Part shown: one piece after another, positions 35,424 to 46,495 of the stretch
Layout: each line of letters opens with the position of its first letter
Position numbering within the stretch: position 1 is the stretch's first letter
Origin: Bacillota bacterium
Lineage (GTDB): Bacteria; Bacillota; Dethiobacteria; DTU022
Length of the DNA: 64,000 bases
NCBI GenBank assembly: GCA_011389985.1
Contig: JAABTH010000001.1
Coordinates: 4,158-68,157 of the forward strand
Reading direction: 5' to 3'
Translations under genes and position numbers: made by a program
Notes under the pieces: generated by a model
What the model was told of the DNA's origin: nothing
The model's input: only the letters and a program-made list of their open reading frames with translations
The model's database searches: none

Positions 35424-37925
35424 ATGAATCTCTTTATCATTCCTGCAATTACTTTAACTGTATATTTAATTATGACAGCAGTTATCCTCCGTCAGAGAGG
35501 GTATAAAGTATTAAGCCGATCTTTTGCTTTTTACTTTTTAGCGCTGGCTTTTTGGCAATTTTGTGCTCTAATGGTTAGGGTTTACAGTCTGTCGGAACAG
35601 CCGGAAATGGTCTTGTTCTGGTATCAAATGACTGTGCCTGCTATACCGGCTTGCTTTATACTTATTTTTATAATTATTAATGCTTTTCGCAGGGATTCAA
35701 GTAGAAATTGGCTCTGCCTGTTGGGCTATTACCTGATTGCTGCTTTCATAGGCATGGCCTTCTTTTCGGGAGATTGGTTCATGCAGGGAGTCACCCTGCA
35801 TGATTCCGGTATATATGTTCCTAGTTTCGGGCCTTTAATTCTGTTGACTGCGGTTGTCGTGATAATCTATCTGGCTGTATCACTTTATGACTTATGGAAT
35901 GACTATAATAAGCTGCTGGAGCCAACTATACGGTCCCGGGTACATTACCTGATTATATGCATTTTCTTGATCATCTTTGCTATAGCTTCCAATTTCATAT
36001 TTGATTTTCAGGGGCATCCGGTGGATCACTTGTTTTTACTTGTGCAGGCTTTACTGCTAAACTATGCTATCTATGATCGGAATATTCTGGATTTACCTTT
36101 AGTTGTGCGCATGAATCTTTCATTTTTATTTGTATCATTAATGACGGTTTTAGCTCTAATAATTGCACTACTTGCTTTTATACTAAACATGCATACTTTA
36201 GTCAGTTATTTTGCTGTAGTATATTCAGCTGTTATAGCTCTTTTATTAATTGTTGTTTTCCTGTTTTTGCGTTCCCGTTTTGAAATATTTTTTGATCTGC
36301 TCTTTTATCCTGAAAGAGCCAGAATCTATCTTGCTGTTAATGAATTGATCAGAATGTCTGCTGAAGAAACAAAGATAGAGGATGTTTTTGAAAAGATTGG
36401 TTTAATTTGTAAAAAAAGTTTGAGTGTTAAAGATGTTTTTTTCTTTTTAAAAGATACAGATGGAAATTATTATATTGAGAAGTCATCTTCTAATCCTATT
36501 CCAACAAGCGCTTCTTTGCATCAGGAAAATCCGATTATAAAAATGTTGGAAAATGAGCAGTCATCCATTTTATTATCAGATGCGCTGCTGAAACCTCAAC
36601 TACAAGGGCTCTGGAAGGAAGAGCTTGAGGTTATCAATACTTATGATATTAAATCATTTTTTCCTTTAATCACAAAATCTAAGGTCTTTGGCATAATGTG
36701 TTTAACGTCAAGGATAACCAATCGTCCATATACCCAGCATTTTATGCAGATGGCACAATATTTTGCCCAACAATGCGCAATATTAATTAATAATACTATT
36801 TTATATGATGAAGTGAAAAAAGCAGCTATTATTGATCCCCTGACTGGTGCTTACAATCGAAGGATGTTAGAGGACTCATATACTTTAGATGGTTATGAAG
36901 AGGATCTGTCGGTGGGTATGATTATTACCGATGTTAATAATTTTAAGCATATCAATGATCAATATGGCCATCAGGCCGGCGATTTAGTTTTACGGGAATT
37001 AACTGATGTTATGAAAAACAGTGTTCGGGATCAGGATTTGGTCGTAAGGTTTGGAGGGGATGAGTTTATAGTACTGATGCCGGGAGCCGAACCATATATT
37101 ACCAAGAAAGTGGTTAGCAGGATTGAACGCAACCTGGAAAAGTGGAATAAGAAACAAAAATATACCAACGGAGAAGAGGTATCTTTAAAAATAGGCACTT
37201 ACACTGCTGCAGGTGAAAGCATGGATAAGCTTGTATATGAAGCAGACCAAAAGTTACTGGTGGCAAATCATGATCATAAACAGCAGCAGCTTGCCAAGCT
37301 GCTTAATGAATCAGTAAGAGACCGCAAAACGCTTACTGAACAAGCCGTACTGGCTTTGGCAAAATCTACAGAGCTGGGTGATCCTTACACCAGTGGTCAT
37401 TCTGAGCGGGTCATGGCTTATGCGCTGAAGATAGCAGAAAAATTGGGTTTAGTTGGCCCTCAAATAGAAGCGCTCCGTCATGCTGCTATACTTCATGATA
37501 TTGGTAAAATAGGTATACATAAGAACGTTTTACTTAAAGAAGGCCCTTTAAATAAAGAGGAATGGGAACTGATGAAGCTTCATCCGGTGATGGGCGCCCA
37601 GATTCTTGCCAAGGTTAAGCAGTTTGAAGATATGGCCGATATAGTTCGTCATCACCATGAGAGATATGATGGTGATCTTAACGCTTCGCCTCCTGCTTAT
37701 CCGGATGGATTAAAAGGAGAAGATATTCCATTGCTAACCCGCATTATAACTGTCGCGGATGCTTTTGACGCAATGATTTCATCAAGGCCTTACCGCCCGG
37801 CAATCTCGCTTGATAAAGTAAAAGAAATATTTGAGAACGAGGCCGGTAAACAGTTTGATCGGAATGTAACTATCGCTTTGTTTTCCTGCTTAGAAAGTGA
37901 AGATTTTATAGAAGAAAAAATTTAA
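35424..37925 (+). CDS. membrane sensor with GGDEF (diguanylate cyclase) and HD-GYP (c-di-GMP phosphodiesterase-like) domains
   Basis: An N-terminal ~8-TM sensor region, then GGDEF (RFGGDEFIVLM), then an HD domain (AILHDIGKI...HHERYDGD...YPDGL, a degenerate GYP). Confidence 0.8.
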   Translation: MNLFIIPAITLTVYLIMTAVILRQRGYKVLSRSFAFYFLALAFWQFCALMVRVYSLSEQPEMVLFWYQMTVPAIPACFILIFIIINAFRRDSSRNWLCLLGYYLIAAFIGMAFFSGDWFMQGVTLHDSGIYVPSFGPLILLTAVVVIIYLAVSLYDLWNDYNKLLEPTIRSRVHYLIICIFLIIFAIASNFIFDFQGHPVDHLFLLVQALLLNYAIYDRNILDLPLVVRMNLSFLFVSLMTVLALIIALLAFILNMHTLVSYFAVVYSAVIALLLIVVFLFLRSRFEIFFDLLFYPERARIYLAVNELIRMSAEETKIEDVFEKIGLICKKSLSVKDVFFFLKDTDGNYYIEKSSSNPIPTSASLHQENPIIKMLENEQSSILLSDALLKPQLQGLWKEELEVINTYDIKSFFPLITKSKVFGIMCLTSRITNRPYTQHFMQMAQYFAQQCAILINNTILYDEVKKAAIIDPLTGAYNRRMLEDSYTLDGYEEDLSVGMIITDVNNFKHINDQYGHQAGDLVLRELTDVMKNSVRDQDLVVRFGGDEFIVLMPGAEPYITKKVVSRIERNLEKWNKKQKYTNGEEVSLKIGTYTAAGESMDKLVYEADQKLLVANHDHKQQQLAKLLNESVRDRKTLTEQAVLALAKSTELGDPYTSGHSERVMAYALKIAEKLGLVGPQIEALRHAAILHDIGKIGIHKNVLLKEGPLNKEEWELMKLHPVMGAQILAKVKQFEDMADIVRHHHERYDGDLNASPPAYPDGLKGEDIPLLTRIITVADAFDAMISSRPYRPAISLDKVKEIFENEAGKQFDRNVTIALFSCLESEDFIEEKI

Positions 37926-38100
37926 TTTATTGGTTTTTCAACAATTTTTACTACAGAACTATAATTTTGTCTGCTTAGAGGAAAAAGGTAATATCAAAGT
38001 TGTAATGTTTGAAAATATCCATTTAAAATAGTCAGAATAAAAGCATCCTGTTTTTAGTATATAGCGCATGTTATAATAAACAAAAAGGTTAAATTATAAA

Positions 38101-39201
38101 ATGAACAAAACGGCTGAGCTATTCATTAAAACAGTTTCAAAATATAACCCCATTGCTATTTATATTCCCGGTTCTCCGGATCCCGATGCAATTGCTTCGG
38201 CATATGCCATAAAACAGATCCTCAATAAACTCAATCTAGATTCTGATATTTTTGCGGAAAAAAGATTGTCTCTTTCACAAAATCAGGCTTTTATCGACAG
38301 GTTGAAGATTCCTGTTTATTTTGGTAAAGATATCAATGTAAAAAAGTATCAGGGCTACATTGTCCCTGATTTTCAGAATAACCGGATTGAAAATGTAAGT
38401 GATAAGATTCCCTGCATAGCGCATATTGATCATCATGGCAATTCAGAAAATGCAATTGAAGCCGAGTTTTCGTTGATCAAAACGGATGTTGGTTCCACAA
38501 GCACTATGGTAGCCTTGATTATGAAGTATTCAAACCTTAATTTTTCCAGTGATGAAAAAGGTTCGATAGCTACTGCACTCACCTTTGGCATTCAAACAGA
38601 CACGGATAAATATCAAAATGTTACCGCCATGGATCTGGAAGCTTTAATATTCCTAGCAGAAAATGCCGACAGTCAGATATTGCAGGAGATTAACAGTATG
38701 CCAATTTCGCCGAAAACACTTCAATACTTCAAAAAGGCGAAGGAAAATGAGGTTGTCTACAAGGACTGGGCTTTTTACGGGATTGGTTTTATTAATGCAA
38801 GTAAAAGGGATTCAATCGCTATTATTGCCGATATGCTAATGAAAAACAGTGATCATAAAGTAGTTGCTGTTTTTGCTATTATAGAAAATCACAAAAGCAG
38901 GGAGACTTACCTCGATGTATCCCTTAGATCTGCCAGCAGCGCTGTTGATCTTAACAGGGTCATTAAAAAAATAACTCCGAACGGAGGAGGCAGGAAATAT
39001 AAAGGGGCTTACCAGGTTAAGCTTAACTATTTGAAAAATGTTCCAGATAAAGATATGTTATGGCAGGTTGTTCAAGCGGCAACTGTTGAAACATTGCGTA
39101 TAAGCAGAGATACCTTTTATATCTCAGGCATAGAAAAACTTTATGGCAACGTCAAAAACAAGGTTCTATCACTCATTAATAAAGGGAAAGAAGAGTTCTA
39201 A
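38101..39201 (+). CDS. DHH/DHHA1-family phosphoesterase (NrnA-like nanoRNase / pAp phosphatase)
   Basis: Motifs DPDAIAS, AHIDHHGN (DHH) and a GGG-containing DHHA1 region (TPNGGGRKYKGAYQV). Confidence 0.75.
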   Translation: MNKTAELFIKTVSKYNPIAIYIPGSPDPDAIASAYAIKQILNKLNLDSDIFAEKRLSLSQNQAFIDRLKIPVYFGKDINVKKYQGYIVPDFQNNRIENVSDKIPCIAHIDHHGNSENAIEAEFSLIKTDVGSTSTMVALIMKYSNLNFSSDEKGSIATALTFGIQTDTDKYQNVTAMDLEALIFLAENADSQILQEINSMPISPKTLQYFKKAKENEVVYKDWAFYGIGFINASKRDSIAIIADMLMKNSDHKVVAVFAIIENHKSRETYLDVSLRSASSAVDLNRVIKKITPNGGGRKYKGAYQVKLNYLKNVPDKDMLWQVVQAATVETLRISRDTFYISGIEKLYGNVKNKVLSLINKGKEEF

Positions 39202-39277
39202 TTAGTCCTGGAAGCTGCCGGCCGGTTAAACGAGTTTTTCTTAAGCCGGATGCAATTTCAGACTGCTGAGGTGGGGA

Positions 39278-39772
39278 ATGCTAAACATTCGTCCTATTGA
39301 AAGTAATGACTGGCCTGCTGCATGGCAGATTATTGAGCCTGTATTTCGTTCAGGTGAAAGTTATGCCTTTTCGCCTGATATTACCGAAGAGGAAGCTTAC
39401 AAAGTCTGGATTGATATACCGGAGATCACATTTGTTGCACTGGACAGCAGAAATAGTGTTTTGGGTACATACTATATCAAACCGAATCAGCCTGCTCTTG
39501 GCGCTCATGTTTGTAACTGTGGATATATTGTTGCAGCGGATGCCCGCGGAAGAGGTATCGCTTCTGCCATGTGCGAACATTCATTACAAGAAGCAGTCGC
39601 ACGAGGTTTCAGGGCAATGCAATACAACCTGGTTGTTTCAACCAACGAGAGTGCAGTGCATTTATGGAAGAAGCACGGTTTTAATATTGCAGGGACTTTG
39701 CAGAACTCATTCAGGCATTTGCGATTTGGTTATGTTGATTCTTATGTGATGTATCAAGAGCTGGTAAAATAA
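39278..39772 (+). CDS. GNAT-family N-acetyltransferase
   Basis: Acetyl-CoA binding motif ARGRGIASAMCEHSLQEAVARGF. 164 aa. Confidence 0.8.
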   Translation: MLNIRPIESNDWPAAWQIIEPVFRSGESYAFSPDITEEEAYKVWIDIPEITFVALDSRNSVLGTYYIKPNQPALGAHVCNCGYIVAADARGRGIASAMCEHSLQEAVARGFRAMQYNLVVSTNESAVHLWKKHGFNIAGTLQNSFRHLRFGYVDSYVMYQELVK

Positions 39773-39780
39773 TTAAACTA

Positions 39781-40062
39781 CTATTTGCCTCCATCACTGG
39801 TACAGTAATAAGTATTCTTGAGTTCATAATTCTTGAATACTTCACAACTTCCGCATTTACATCCCTTTTCTTCATTAATACACTGGCTTTTTTCATAAGC
39901 ACAAAACAGGGTTTCAGCATGAAGTTTGTCATCATCCATTTTATCAACTAAAAGAATAATATTGCCTGGCATGGCCATTAGCTTACAGGCAAAAGTATAA
40001 CTGGGGCAACTTTTACACTTACACTTAAGCAGATTCTCCTTCGTTTTTTCTACTTTGGACAT
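39781..40062 (-). CDS. DUF2769-family Cys-rich small protein
   Basis: KENLLKCKCKSCPSY...LFCAYEKSQCINEEKGCKCGSCEVFKNYEL...YYC matches the DUF2769 pattern (CxCxxCP ... CxCxxC). Confidence 0.55.
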   Translation of the reverse strand: MSKVEKTKENLLKCKCKSCPSYTFACKLMAMPGNIILLVDKMDDDKLHAETLFCAYEKSQCINEEKGCKCGSCEVFKNYELKNTYYCTSDGGK

Positions 40063-40310
40063 ATGTAAACCTCCAAGTCTTTAACATCTATTTTGAATTT
40101 CCTGATTCTAATGTACAATTGGCGTCTTAAAATGTCAATCAGTTTATTTTTACGTCATTATCAGCATGACGGAATTATTATTGATTCAAAGGAGATTAAT
40201 TTAAAGCAGTAGAATAATACATATTAATATTAATTTGTTTTTTTATTCATTAAAGTAAAGTTACGCTAAGATTGACATTTACCAGGCAAGGTAAAGAAAG
40301 AGGTAAATTC

Positions 40311-41426
40311 ATGAGAAAAAGATTTGGGTGCCTGTTAATGATTGTTTTGATAATGTTAATCGCCGGATGTTCTGAAAGGCCACATGAAGAGCTGCCGCCC
40401 GAGTTAGAAGTAGTTGAAGATAAACCTGATCGGATTGAAGAAACTATTGCAAACATGAGCCTGCGTCAGAAAATAGCCGGATTAATTATAATCGGCCTAG
40501 AAGGTACTTCAGTGAATACACGGATTAAACAAATGTGGGCGGAATATCCTTTCGGTGGGGTGATTCTTTATGAACGAAATTATATCCGGGATGATTGGTT
40601 AAAAGATTTTATTTCTGAACTGAGCGATTTATCCAAACCTGAATATCCCCTGTTAATATGTATTGATGAAGAAGGCGGGGCTATAACGCGCTTGCCCGGT
40701 GAAACCTTTCCGGCTGCTGCAGAACTGGCTTTAATGAGTGAAGAAGAAGCTTACCACGTAGGGCAGGCTATGGCTAAAAAACTTACCGACTTTGGTATAA
40801 ACGTGAACTTTGCTCCTGTTCTAGATGTTAATATTGATCCACGTAATAGTATAATCGGCAGTCGATCATTTGGCAATGATCCGGATCTTGTCAGCGCTTA
40901 CGGAATTGCTCTATTTAAAGGCATGGAATCAGGAGGTGTTGTCCCTGTTGGCAAGCATTTCCCCGGGCATGGATCGACATTGGCTGATTCACACGTTGAG
41001 CTGCCGGTGCTGGAGAAAAACAGGGATGAACTTTTTGCTTTTGAATTAATCCCTTTTATGAAGGCAGTTGAAGCAGGTATACCAATGATAATGACCGCTC
41101 ATATTGTTGTCAATGGTATTGATGATAAACCAACAACTATGTCAAAAACTATGATCGATATATTACGTAATGATCTTGGGTTTGAGGGCGTTATTATTAC
41201 TGATGATCTTGAAATGGGAGCGTTAACTGAGAATTACAGCTGGAAAGAGATTGTAGTTGAAACATTTATGGCAGGAGCAGACCTGTTGTTGATTGGTCAT
41301 GACTATGATTTACAGGTTGAAGCGGTCGATATACTGGAAGAAGCTTTCGAGGCAGGTTTAATCAGTGATGAAAGGTTAAAGAGTTCTTTGCGCCGGGTGA
41401 TGGAAATGCAGGATGAATCATTTTAA
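40311..41426 (+). CDS. nagZ: glycoside hydrolase family 3 N-terminal domain lipoprotein (beta-N-acetylhexosaminidase, NagZ-like)
   Basis: Lipobox LIAGCS. ICIDEEGGAITRL and KHFPGHGSTLADSHVELPVL match the GH3 catalytic region (the D in the KHFPGHG context). Confidence 0.8.
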   Translation: MRKRFGCLLMIVLIMLIAGCSERPHEELPPELEVVEDKPDRIEETIANMSLRQKIAGLIIIGLEGTSVNTRIKQMWAEYPFGGVILYERNYIRDDWLKDFISELSDLSKPEYPLLICIDEEGGAITRLPGETFPAAAELALMSEEEAYHVGQAMAKKLTDFGINVNFAPVLDVNIDPRNSIIGSRSFGNDPDLVSAYGIALFKGMESGGVVPVGKHFPGHGSTLADSHVELPVLEKNRDELFAFELIPFMKAVEAGIPMIMTAHIVVNGIDDKPTTMSKTMIDILRNDLGFEGVIITDDLEMGALTENYSWKEIVVETFMAGADLLLIGHDYDLQVEAVDILEEAFEAGLISDERLKSSLRRVMEMQDESF

Positions 41427-41517
41427 TGCAGGAACTTTGCTAAATTTGAAAGAAAGAAATAATTAATAATTAAATAGTAAAAATTGTCCTCAATTGAATG
41501 GAGATGATCTGAGTATT

Positions 41518-41970
41518 ATGGTTACCGCAACCCAAATAGAGAAAGACTACAGATACAAGAGAACTTACCTTCACAATCTGGCGATGGCGATAGGCGCTAT
41601 TGCTGTAGTTTATTTTATTGTCATGTTCTATATTACAATAAAATTAGCCGGGGCTTTTATACCTTCAGTTCACTTACTAATCATTGCGATGATTGTTATA
41701 ATGGTTTTTATCGTAACCATTTCAGTAAAGCCACCTGTATACGTGAAAATTTCTGGCGGAGAACTCAAAGTGAGGCAAATGTATATCGGGAGCTGGAAAA
41801 AATTAATTCTAAGCGAGTTAAAAACCGTTCGTAATAAAGATGAAATAATTTATTTGGTATCCGGTAACAATAATTACAGGGAAGTTCAGATTAAACCTGA
41901 GCTTCTGCACTCCAATGATGCGAAAGAGTTGCATGGTTTGCTTGATGATATCGTAGCAAACAACAGGTAA
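41518..41970 (+). CDS. membrane protein of unknown function
   Basis: Two predicted TM helices followed by a soluble C-terminal domain. No recognisable motifs. Confidence 0.4.
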   Translation: MVTATQIEKDYRYKRTYLHNLAMAIGAIAVVYFIVMFYITIKLAGAFIPSVHLLIIAMIVIMVFIVTISVKPPVYVKISGGELKVRQMYIGSWKKLILSELKTVRNKDEIIYLVSGNNNYREVQIKPELLHSNDAKELHGLLDDIVANNR

Positions 41971-42092
41971 AATAGAGAAAAAGAAGATACTCCAGGGTCA
42001 GCATAATCCTTAAGGGTGACATAATAATGGTATAAGTCGTATCGACTAACGATACGACCTATACTAATTTATGTTTTTAAAGCCAGCTTATA

Positions 42093-42833
42093 TCAGAAGG
42101 AGAATTCTGCCACTACAGTTGCTCTTACTGTTACTTCATCGGGATTAATTGGTGTTGATGCAGAATCCATGGCCATTTCTTCCTGGATCATATCGTCCTG
42201 TAGCCGGTAGGGAATATAGTCTGCTCTTTCTTCACGAATGCTGTAAAGACCGGATACTTTTTCACCACTACCTTTCGCGATAGCATCTGCTTTTTTAGCA
42301 GCCTGTTCAGTTGCTGTTTGCAGGGCCAGCATCAACATTTCCTGTGGGTCATTTAGCTCAAAGCTGATATAGTTGATGTTGTTAGCTCCTGCACGGACAG
42401 CAGCGTCAATTAATTCACCAATATTTTCAAGCTTTGTTGTGGATATAATAATTTCATTAACAGCCTGAAATGTTTGCAGTTCTTCTTCAGCGGCCGGACG
42501 TTCTTCAAACCATTCCCGGTAACTATACAGCCTGTACGAACCTGTAATGATATCTTCTTCTGCCAATCCGAAATCAAGCAAAGCTTCATGAACAGCTGCA
42601 GCCCTTTGGGCATTTTCTTCAACAGCATCTTCAGCCCGTTTGCTGCGGGTTTCAATAGCCAAACTAACTTTTGCCAGTTCAGGTGGCGCAGTTAATTCAG
42701 CTTCGCCATATGTTTGGATAACTTTTGGCGCATCAGCCGAACCTGTAGTTGACTGATTTCCTCCACAGCCACTGATTACCAATGCTATTATTACTACAAA
42801 AAGAGAAACATACATTACTTTCCTGATACTCAT
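42093..42833 (-). CDS. SIMPL-domain (DUF541, BP26/OMP28-like) lipoprotein
   Basis: Lipobox ISGCGG. The SIMPL-domain pattern runs through ...VSGLYSIRE...NPDEVTVRATVVAEFSF. GGGGAGG RBS 9 nt before the chosen ATG. Confidence 0.7.
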   Translation of the reverse strand: MSIRKVMYVSLFVVIIALVISGCGGNQSTTGSADAPKVIQTYGEAELTAPPELAKVSLAIETRSKRAEDAVEENAQRAAAVHEALLDFGLAEEDIITGSYRLYSYREWFEERPAAEEELQTFQAVNEIIISTTKLENIGELIDAAVRAGANNINYISFELNDPQEMLMLALQTATEQAAKKADAIAKGSGEKVSGLYSIREERADYIPYRLQDDMIQEEMAMDSASTPINPDEVTVRATVVAEFSF

Positions 42834-43083
42834 TGTTATAATCCTCCCCGAATTTAATCCAATTAACTGTCCCACAATTAATATAGCACCAAATAGTAAA
42901 TATGTAAATAACAGTTAATACTGTGCATTGTAGAATTTTTTGTCATTCTATTCACCTTCTTATTAAATTGACAAATTATTAGCTGTTATGGTTCCTGGAA
43001 GGTTAAAAGCACTAAAAATAAAAGATTATTGCGCTGCAAGTAATATAATGGTAACTTGTGAAAAAGATACTTTCTCCCAGATG

Positions 43084-43112
43084 TTGACATTGGGATGATT
43101 TCATAGTATACT
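43084..43112 (+). promoter_or_regulatory. consensus sigma-A promoter TTGACA-N17-TATACT
   Basis: Seen directly, ~45 nt upstream of the Cys-rich ORF at 43159. Confidence 0.5.
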
Positions 43113-43158
43113 ATATCTATAGTAATAATCATATAAAGGGTTTAGGAGGTTGAGCAGC

Positions 43159-43473
43159 ATGATGGAAGCCAATAGTCATGAAAAAGTTTGTCCCATGTGT
43201 AATAAGGTTTTTTATCCTGAAGATAAGGTTGTTCATAAAACCTTTTGCGGAGATGAATTAGTTTGTGCACCTATCGATGAGAAACATCAAAGTAAAGAAT
43301 GCCGGGTTTATGATTTCTGTTCAGATGAATGTGTGGAAGCTTATGCTAAAAATACTCCGGAGTGCTCATATGAGCCAGGCTGGAAAAAGCTTATGGAGAG
43401 AATTAACAAGGTTAGCAAAACCAGCGGAGTTGCAGGAGCAAGGCCGCATAATATACGTGCAGTATGTAAGTAA
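43159..43473 (+). CDS. Cys-rich zinc-ribbon-like small protein (hypothetical)
   Basis: VCPMCNKVFYPEDKVVHKTFCGDELVCAP...CRVYDFCSDECVEAY...CSYEPGW shows several CxxC-like pairs. GGAGG RBS 9 nt before ATGATG. Confidence 0.45.
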   Translation: MMEANSHEKVCPMCNKVFYPEDKVVHKTFCGDELVCAPIDEKHQSKECRVYDFCSDECVEAYAKNTPECSYEPGWKKLMERINKVSKTSGVAGARPHNIRAVCK

Positions 43474-43547
43474 AAATTTATGCATAAAACCAGTATGGGG
43501 CAGAGATATCATTTATCTTTCTGCCCTATACTGGTTTTTAAATTTTG

Positions 43548-44252
43548 CTACCGGCTAACTTCAGCTTCGTTAGTGTACCCCCGGCTTTCCCAGTACCCTT
43601 TATATTCCAGGTCGGCCGATATCTCTATTTCAGTAACCCATCGGGCCCATTTATAGCCCAATTTATCTTCAGCAATTACTATAAAAGGAAAGCCCAGTGA
43701 ATCCGGTAATGTTATACCGTTACTTGAATAGGCCAGGAGCATATCCCGGTCTTTAATAGTTTCAAGGGACAATGAGGTTGTGTAGCCATCAACACAATGA
43801 AAAATTGCAATCTCGCCACTTCTAAGCACACCCGCATCCTCTAAAAGGTCTGTTATCCGCACACCTTCCCACAAAACTGTTGCATCCCATCCTTCAACAC
43901 AGTAAAGCGTAATCAGCCGTTGGTAACTATCTTTTTCCAGAACCTGATCATAGCTGTATGATAAAGGCTTTTCAACCAGGCCTGTAATCAATAGGTTATA
44001 GCTTTCAAGATCAACCTGTTGTATGCCTGATATGGAATTATCCCTGGGGCCGACAGACGGGTCAAGCCGGGCTCCTTCGTAATCCTTTATTTCCATTTCT
44101 TTGTAGCGGTTTTCGGTCGCCAGGGAAACTAAGTCAGGCTCTTGATCGGAGCTGCTATCAGACAGCCGGCTTCCAGTGATGCCCAGGTATAGGACAACAG
44201 CGGCCAGGATTATGCCTGTTATATAAATTAACTTTTTTTGCATTTTTCTCAC
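43548..44252 (-). CDS. molybdopterin-dependent oxidoreductase domain protein (sulfite-oxidase-fold Mo-binding, YedY/MsrP-like), membrane-anchored
   Basis: LYCVEGWD...GYKWARWVTEIEI...YKGYWESRGY matches the Oxidored_molyb domain. N-terminal TM anchor. Confidence 0.65.
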   Translation of the reverse strand: MRKMQKKLIYITGIILAAVVLYLGITGSRLSDSSSDQEPDLVSLATENRYKEMEIKDYEGARLDPSVGPRDNSISGIQQVDLESYNLLITGLVEKPLSYSYDQVLEKDSYQRLITLYCVEGWDATVLWEGVRITDLLEDAGVLRSGEIAIFHCVDGYTTSLSLETIKDRDMLLAYSSNGITLPDSLGFPFIVIAEDKLGYKWARWVTEIEISADLEYKGYWESRGYTNEAEVSR

Positions 44253-44488
44253 CTTCTTAAGCTAGTCAGGTGCCTTTTAACAATATATTAACACAGAATC
44301 AGGTGAAACCAATAACTTATCTGTCTTATGATTATGAAAATAGAGAGGGTTAGGTAAAAGCGAATAATGCTTCGGTCTATTTATGCCGTAACATTTGCTG
44401 CGATCTAGCCCTTCAAAGAGGATATAGATGGTTACGTTGTAGCATTTAGTTCATGATGATATAATCCTACAGGGATATTATTGTATAT

Positions 44489-46303
44489 ATGGGGGATTAC
44501 CTATTGAAACCTGAAAATATAAGGAATTTTTGTATTATAGCCCACATCGACCATGGCAAATCGACTCTGGCCGACAGACTGCTTGAGGCGACCGGAACCC
44601 TTACTGCCAGGCAGATGAAGGAGCAGGTCTTAGACCAGATGGATCTGGAAAGAGAACGGGGCATAACCATAAAACTGCAGGCGGTGCGCCTGGCTTACAG
44701 GGCATTGGACGGAGAGGATTATATTCTTAACCTTATTGATACTCCGGGGCATGTTGATTTTACTTATGAGGTATCAAGAAGCCTTGCAGCCTGTGAAGGG
44801 GCTATTTTGGTTGTAGATGCCGTACAGGGTATCGAAGCGCAAACTCTGGCTAATACCTACCTGGCTTTGGAACAGGATCTGGCTATTGTACCGGTTATCA
44901 ATAAAATTGATCTGGATAGTGCAGACCCCGATCGAGTTAAAAAAGAGCTGGCTGAGGTGATCGGGATTGAAGCAGAGGGTGCTTTAGAGGTTTCGGCAAA
45001 AAAAGGGATTGGTATAAATGAAGTTCTTGAAGCTGTGGTTAGGATGGTACCGCCTCCGGCTGCATGCGATCCTGAAGCGCCCCTGAAGGCGCTTGTATTT
45101 GATTCGCACTATGATAAATACCGTGGAGTAATCGCCTACATCAGGGTAATGGAAGGCCATATCAGCAAGGGTGAAAAGATTAAATTTATGAATACGGGGA
45201 AAATTTTCGAAGTAACAGAAACCGGTGTTTTTCGGCCGGGAATGGAACCGACCACAGGTCTTGCTGCCGGAGAAGTAGGCTACCTGATGGCATCAGTCAA
45301 AAATGTCGGTGACGCCCGGGTAGGTGACACAATTACTGCTGCGGAAAAACCTGCGGCTCAGGCTCTGCCGGGCTACCGTAAAGTTGTCTCAATGGTTTTC
45401 TGTGGTCTGTTTCCTCAGGACAGCAATGATTTTGTAGCCCTTCGTGAAGCAATTGAGAGGCTAAAACTTAATGACTCGGCTCTCACTTATGAACCTGAGA
45501 AGTCAACTGCCCTGGGCCTTGGTTTCCGCTGCGGGTTCCTGGGATTGCTGCACATGGATATTGTCAGGGAAAGGCTCGAACGGGAATACGGTCTTGATCT
45601 GATTGTTTCGGCTCCGAGTGTTGTCTACAGGGTTCATCTAAGAAACAGTGATGTAATCGAAGTCGATAATCCCGCCCTGATGCCAGCTACTGACGAGAGG
45701 GTGGCTATTGAAGAACCTTATGTGGATGCTTCAATCTTAATACCTGCAGAGTATATGGGGGCAGTTATGGAGCTTTGCCAGGAGAAAAGAGGCGAATTTC
45801 GCAATTCCGAATACCTGGAATCCGGAAGAGTAAAGGTTTCATACTTGTTGCCCCTGGCAGAAATTATCTATGATTTCTTTGATTTACTCAAGTCACGCAC
45901 CAGGGGCTATGCGTCGCTTGATTATCAGCTGCATGGATACAGAGAATCAAAACTGGTTCTGATGGATATTCTTGTTAATACTGAAAAAGTTGATGCCCTC
46001 TCTTTCATAATCCACGAAGAGAAAGCTTACCCGAGAGGCAGGGAAATGGTCGAAAAGCTGAAAGATATAATACCGAGGCAGATGTTTGATGTGCCTGTTC
46101 AGGCTGCTGTTGAAAACAAGATTATTGCCCGGGAGACAATAAAGGCTTTGCGTAAGAATGTTACAGAAAAACTTTACGGCGGCGACATTACCCGTAAACG
46201 AAAACTTCTGGAAAAGCAAAAAGAGGGTAAGAAAAAGATGAAGAAAATTGGGCGGGTTGATATTCCTCAGGAAGCTTTCACAGCTGTTCTAAAGGTAAAA
46301 TAA
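44489..46303 (+). CDS. lepA: translation elongation factor 4 (LepA)
   Basis: [20 protein letters not shown], the G-domain motifs, and the unique LepA C-terminal domain. 604 aa. Confidence 0.95.
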   Translation: MGDYLLKPENIRNFCIIAHIDHGKSTLADRLLEATGTLTARQMKEQVLDQMDLERERGITIKLQAVRLAYRALDGEDYILNLIDTPGHVDFTYEVSRSLAACEGAILVVDAVQGIEAQTLANTYLALEQDLAIVPVINKIDLDSADPDRVKKELAEVIGIEAEGALEVSAKKGIGINEVLEAVVRMVPPPAACDPEAPLKALVFDSHYDKYRGVIAYIRVMEGHISKGEKIKFMNTGKIFEVTETGVFRPGMEPTTGLAAGEVGYLMASVKNVGDARVGDTITAAEKPAAQALPGYRKVVSMVFCGLFPQDSNDFVALREAIERLKLNDSALTYEPEKSTALGLGFRCGFLGLLHMDIVRERLEREYGLDLIVSAPSVVYRVHLRNSDVIEVDNPALMPATDERVAIEEPYVDASILIPAEYMGAVMELCQEKRGEFRNSEYLESGRVKVSYLLPLAEIIYDFFDLLKSRTRGYASLDYQLHGYRESKLVLMDILVNTEKVDALSFIIHEEKAYPRGREMVEKLKDIIPRQMFDVPVQAAVENKIIARETIKALRKNVTEKLYGGDITRKRKLLEKQKEGKKKMKKIGRVDIPQEAFTAVLKVK

Positions 46304-46495
46304 AATTATTTAAATTAAAATAATGAGTAGAATTTGAATAGCAAAACTGATGAAATGGTGTTTGTGATAAAATAGTTTCTGTTCTGCATTCTGTTCGACA
46401 TAGTGCAGACATATGAAGAAATCTATGATAGTATGTATTTGTCCGGTCGCTGATAAAATTAATAATGGCCGGGCAATATTTTTGTGAGGATATAG

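Noticed and set aside
39297-39749. 150-aa ORF overlapping the GNAT gene in another frame
   Set aside because: Shadow ORF of a gene with a clear GNAT motif. No independent support.
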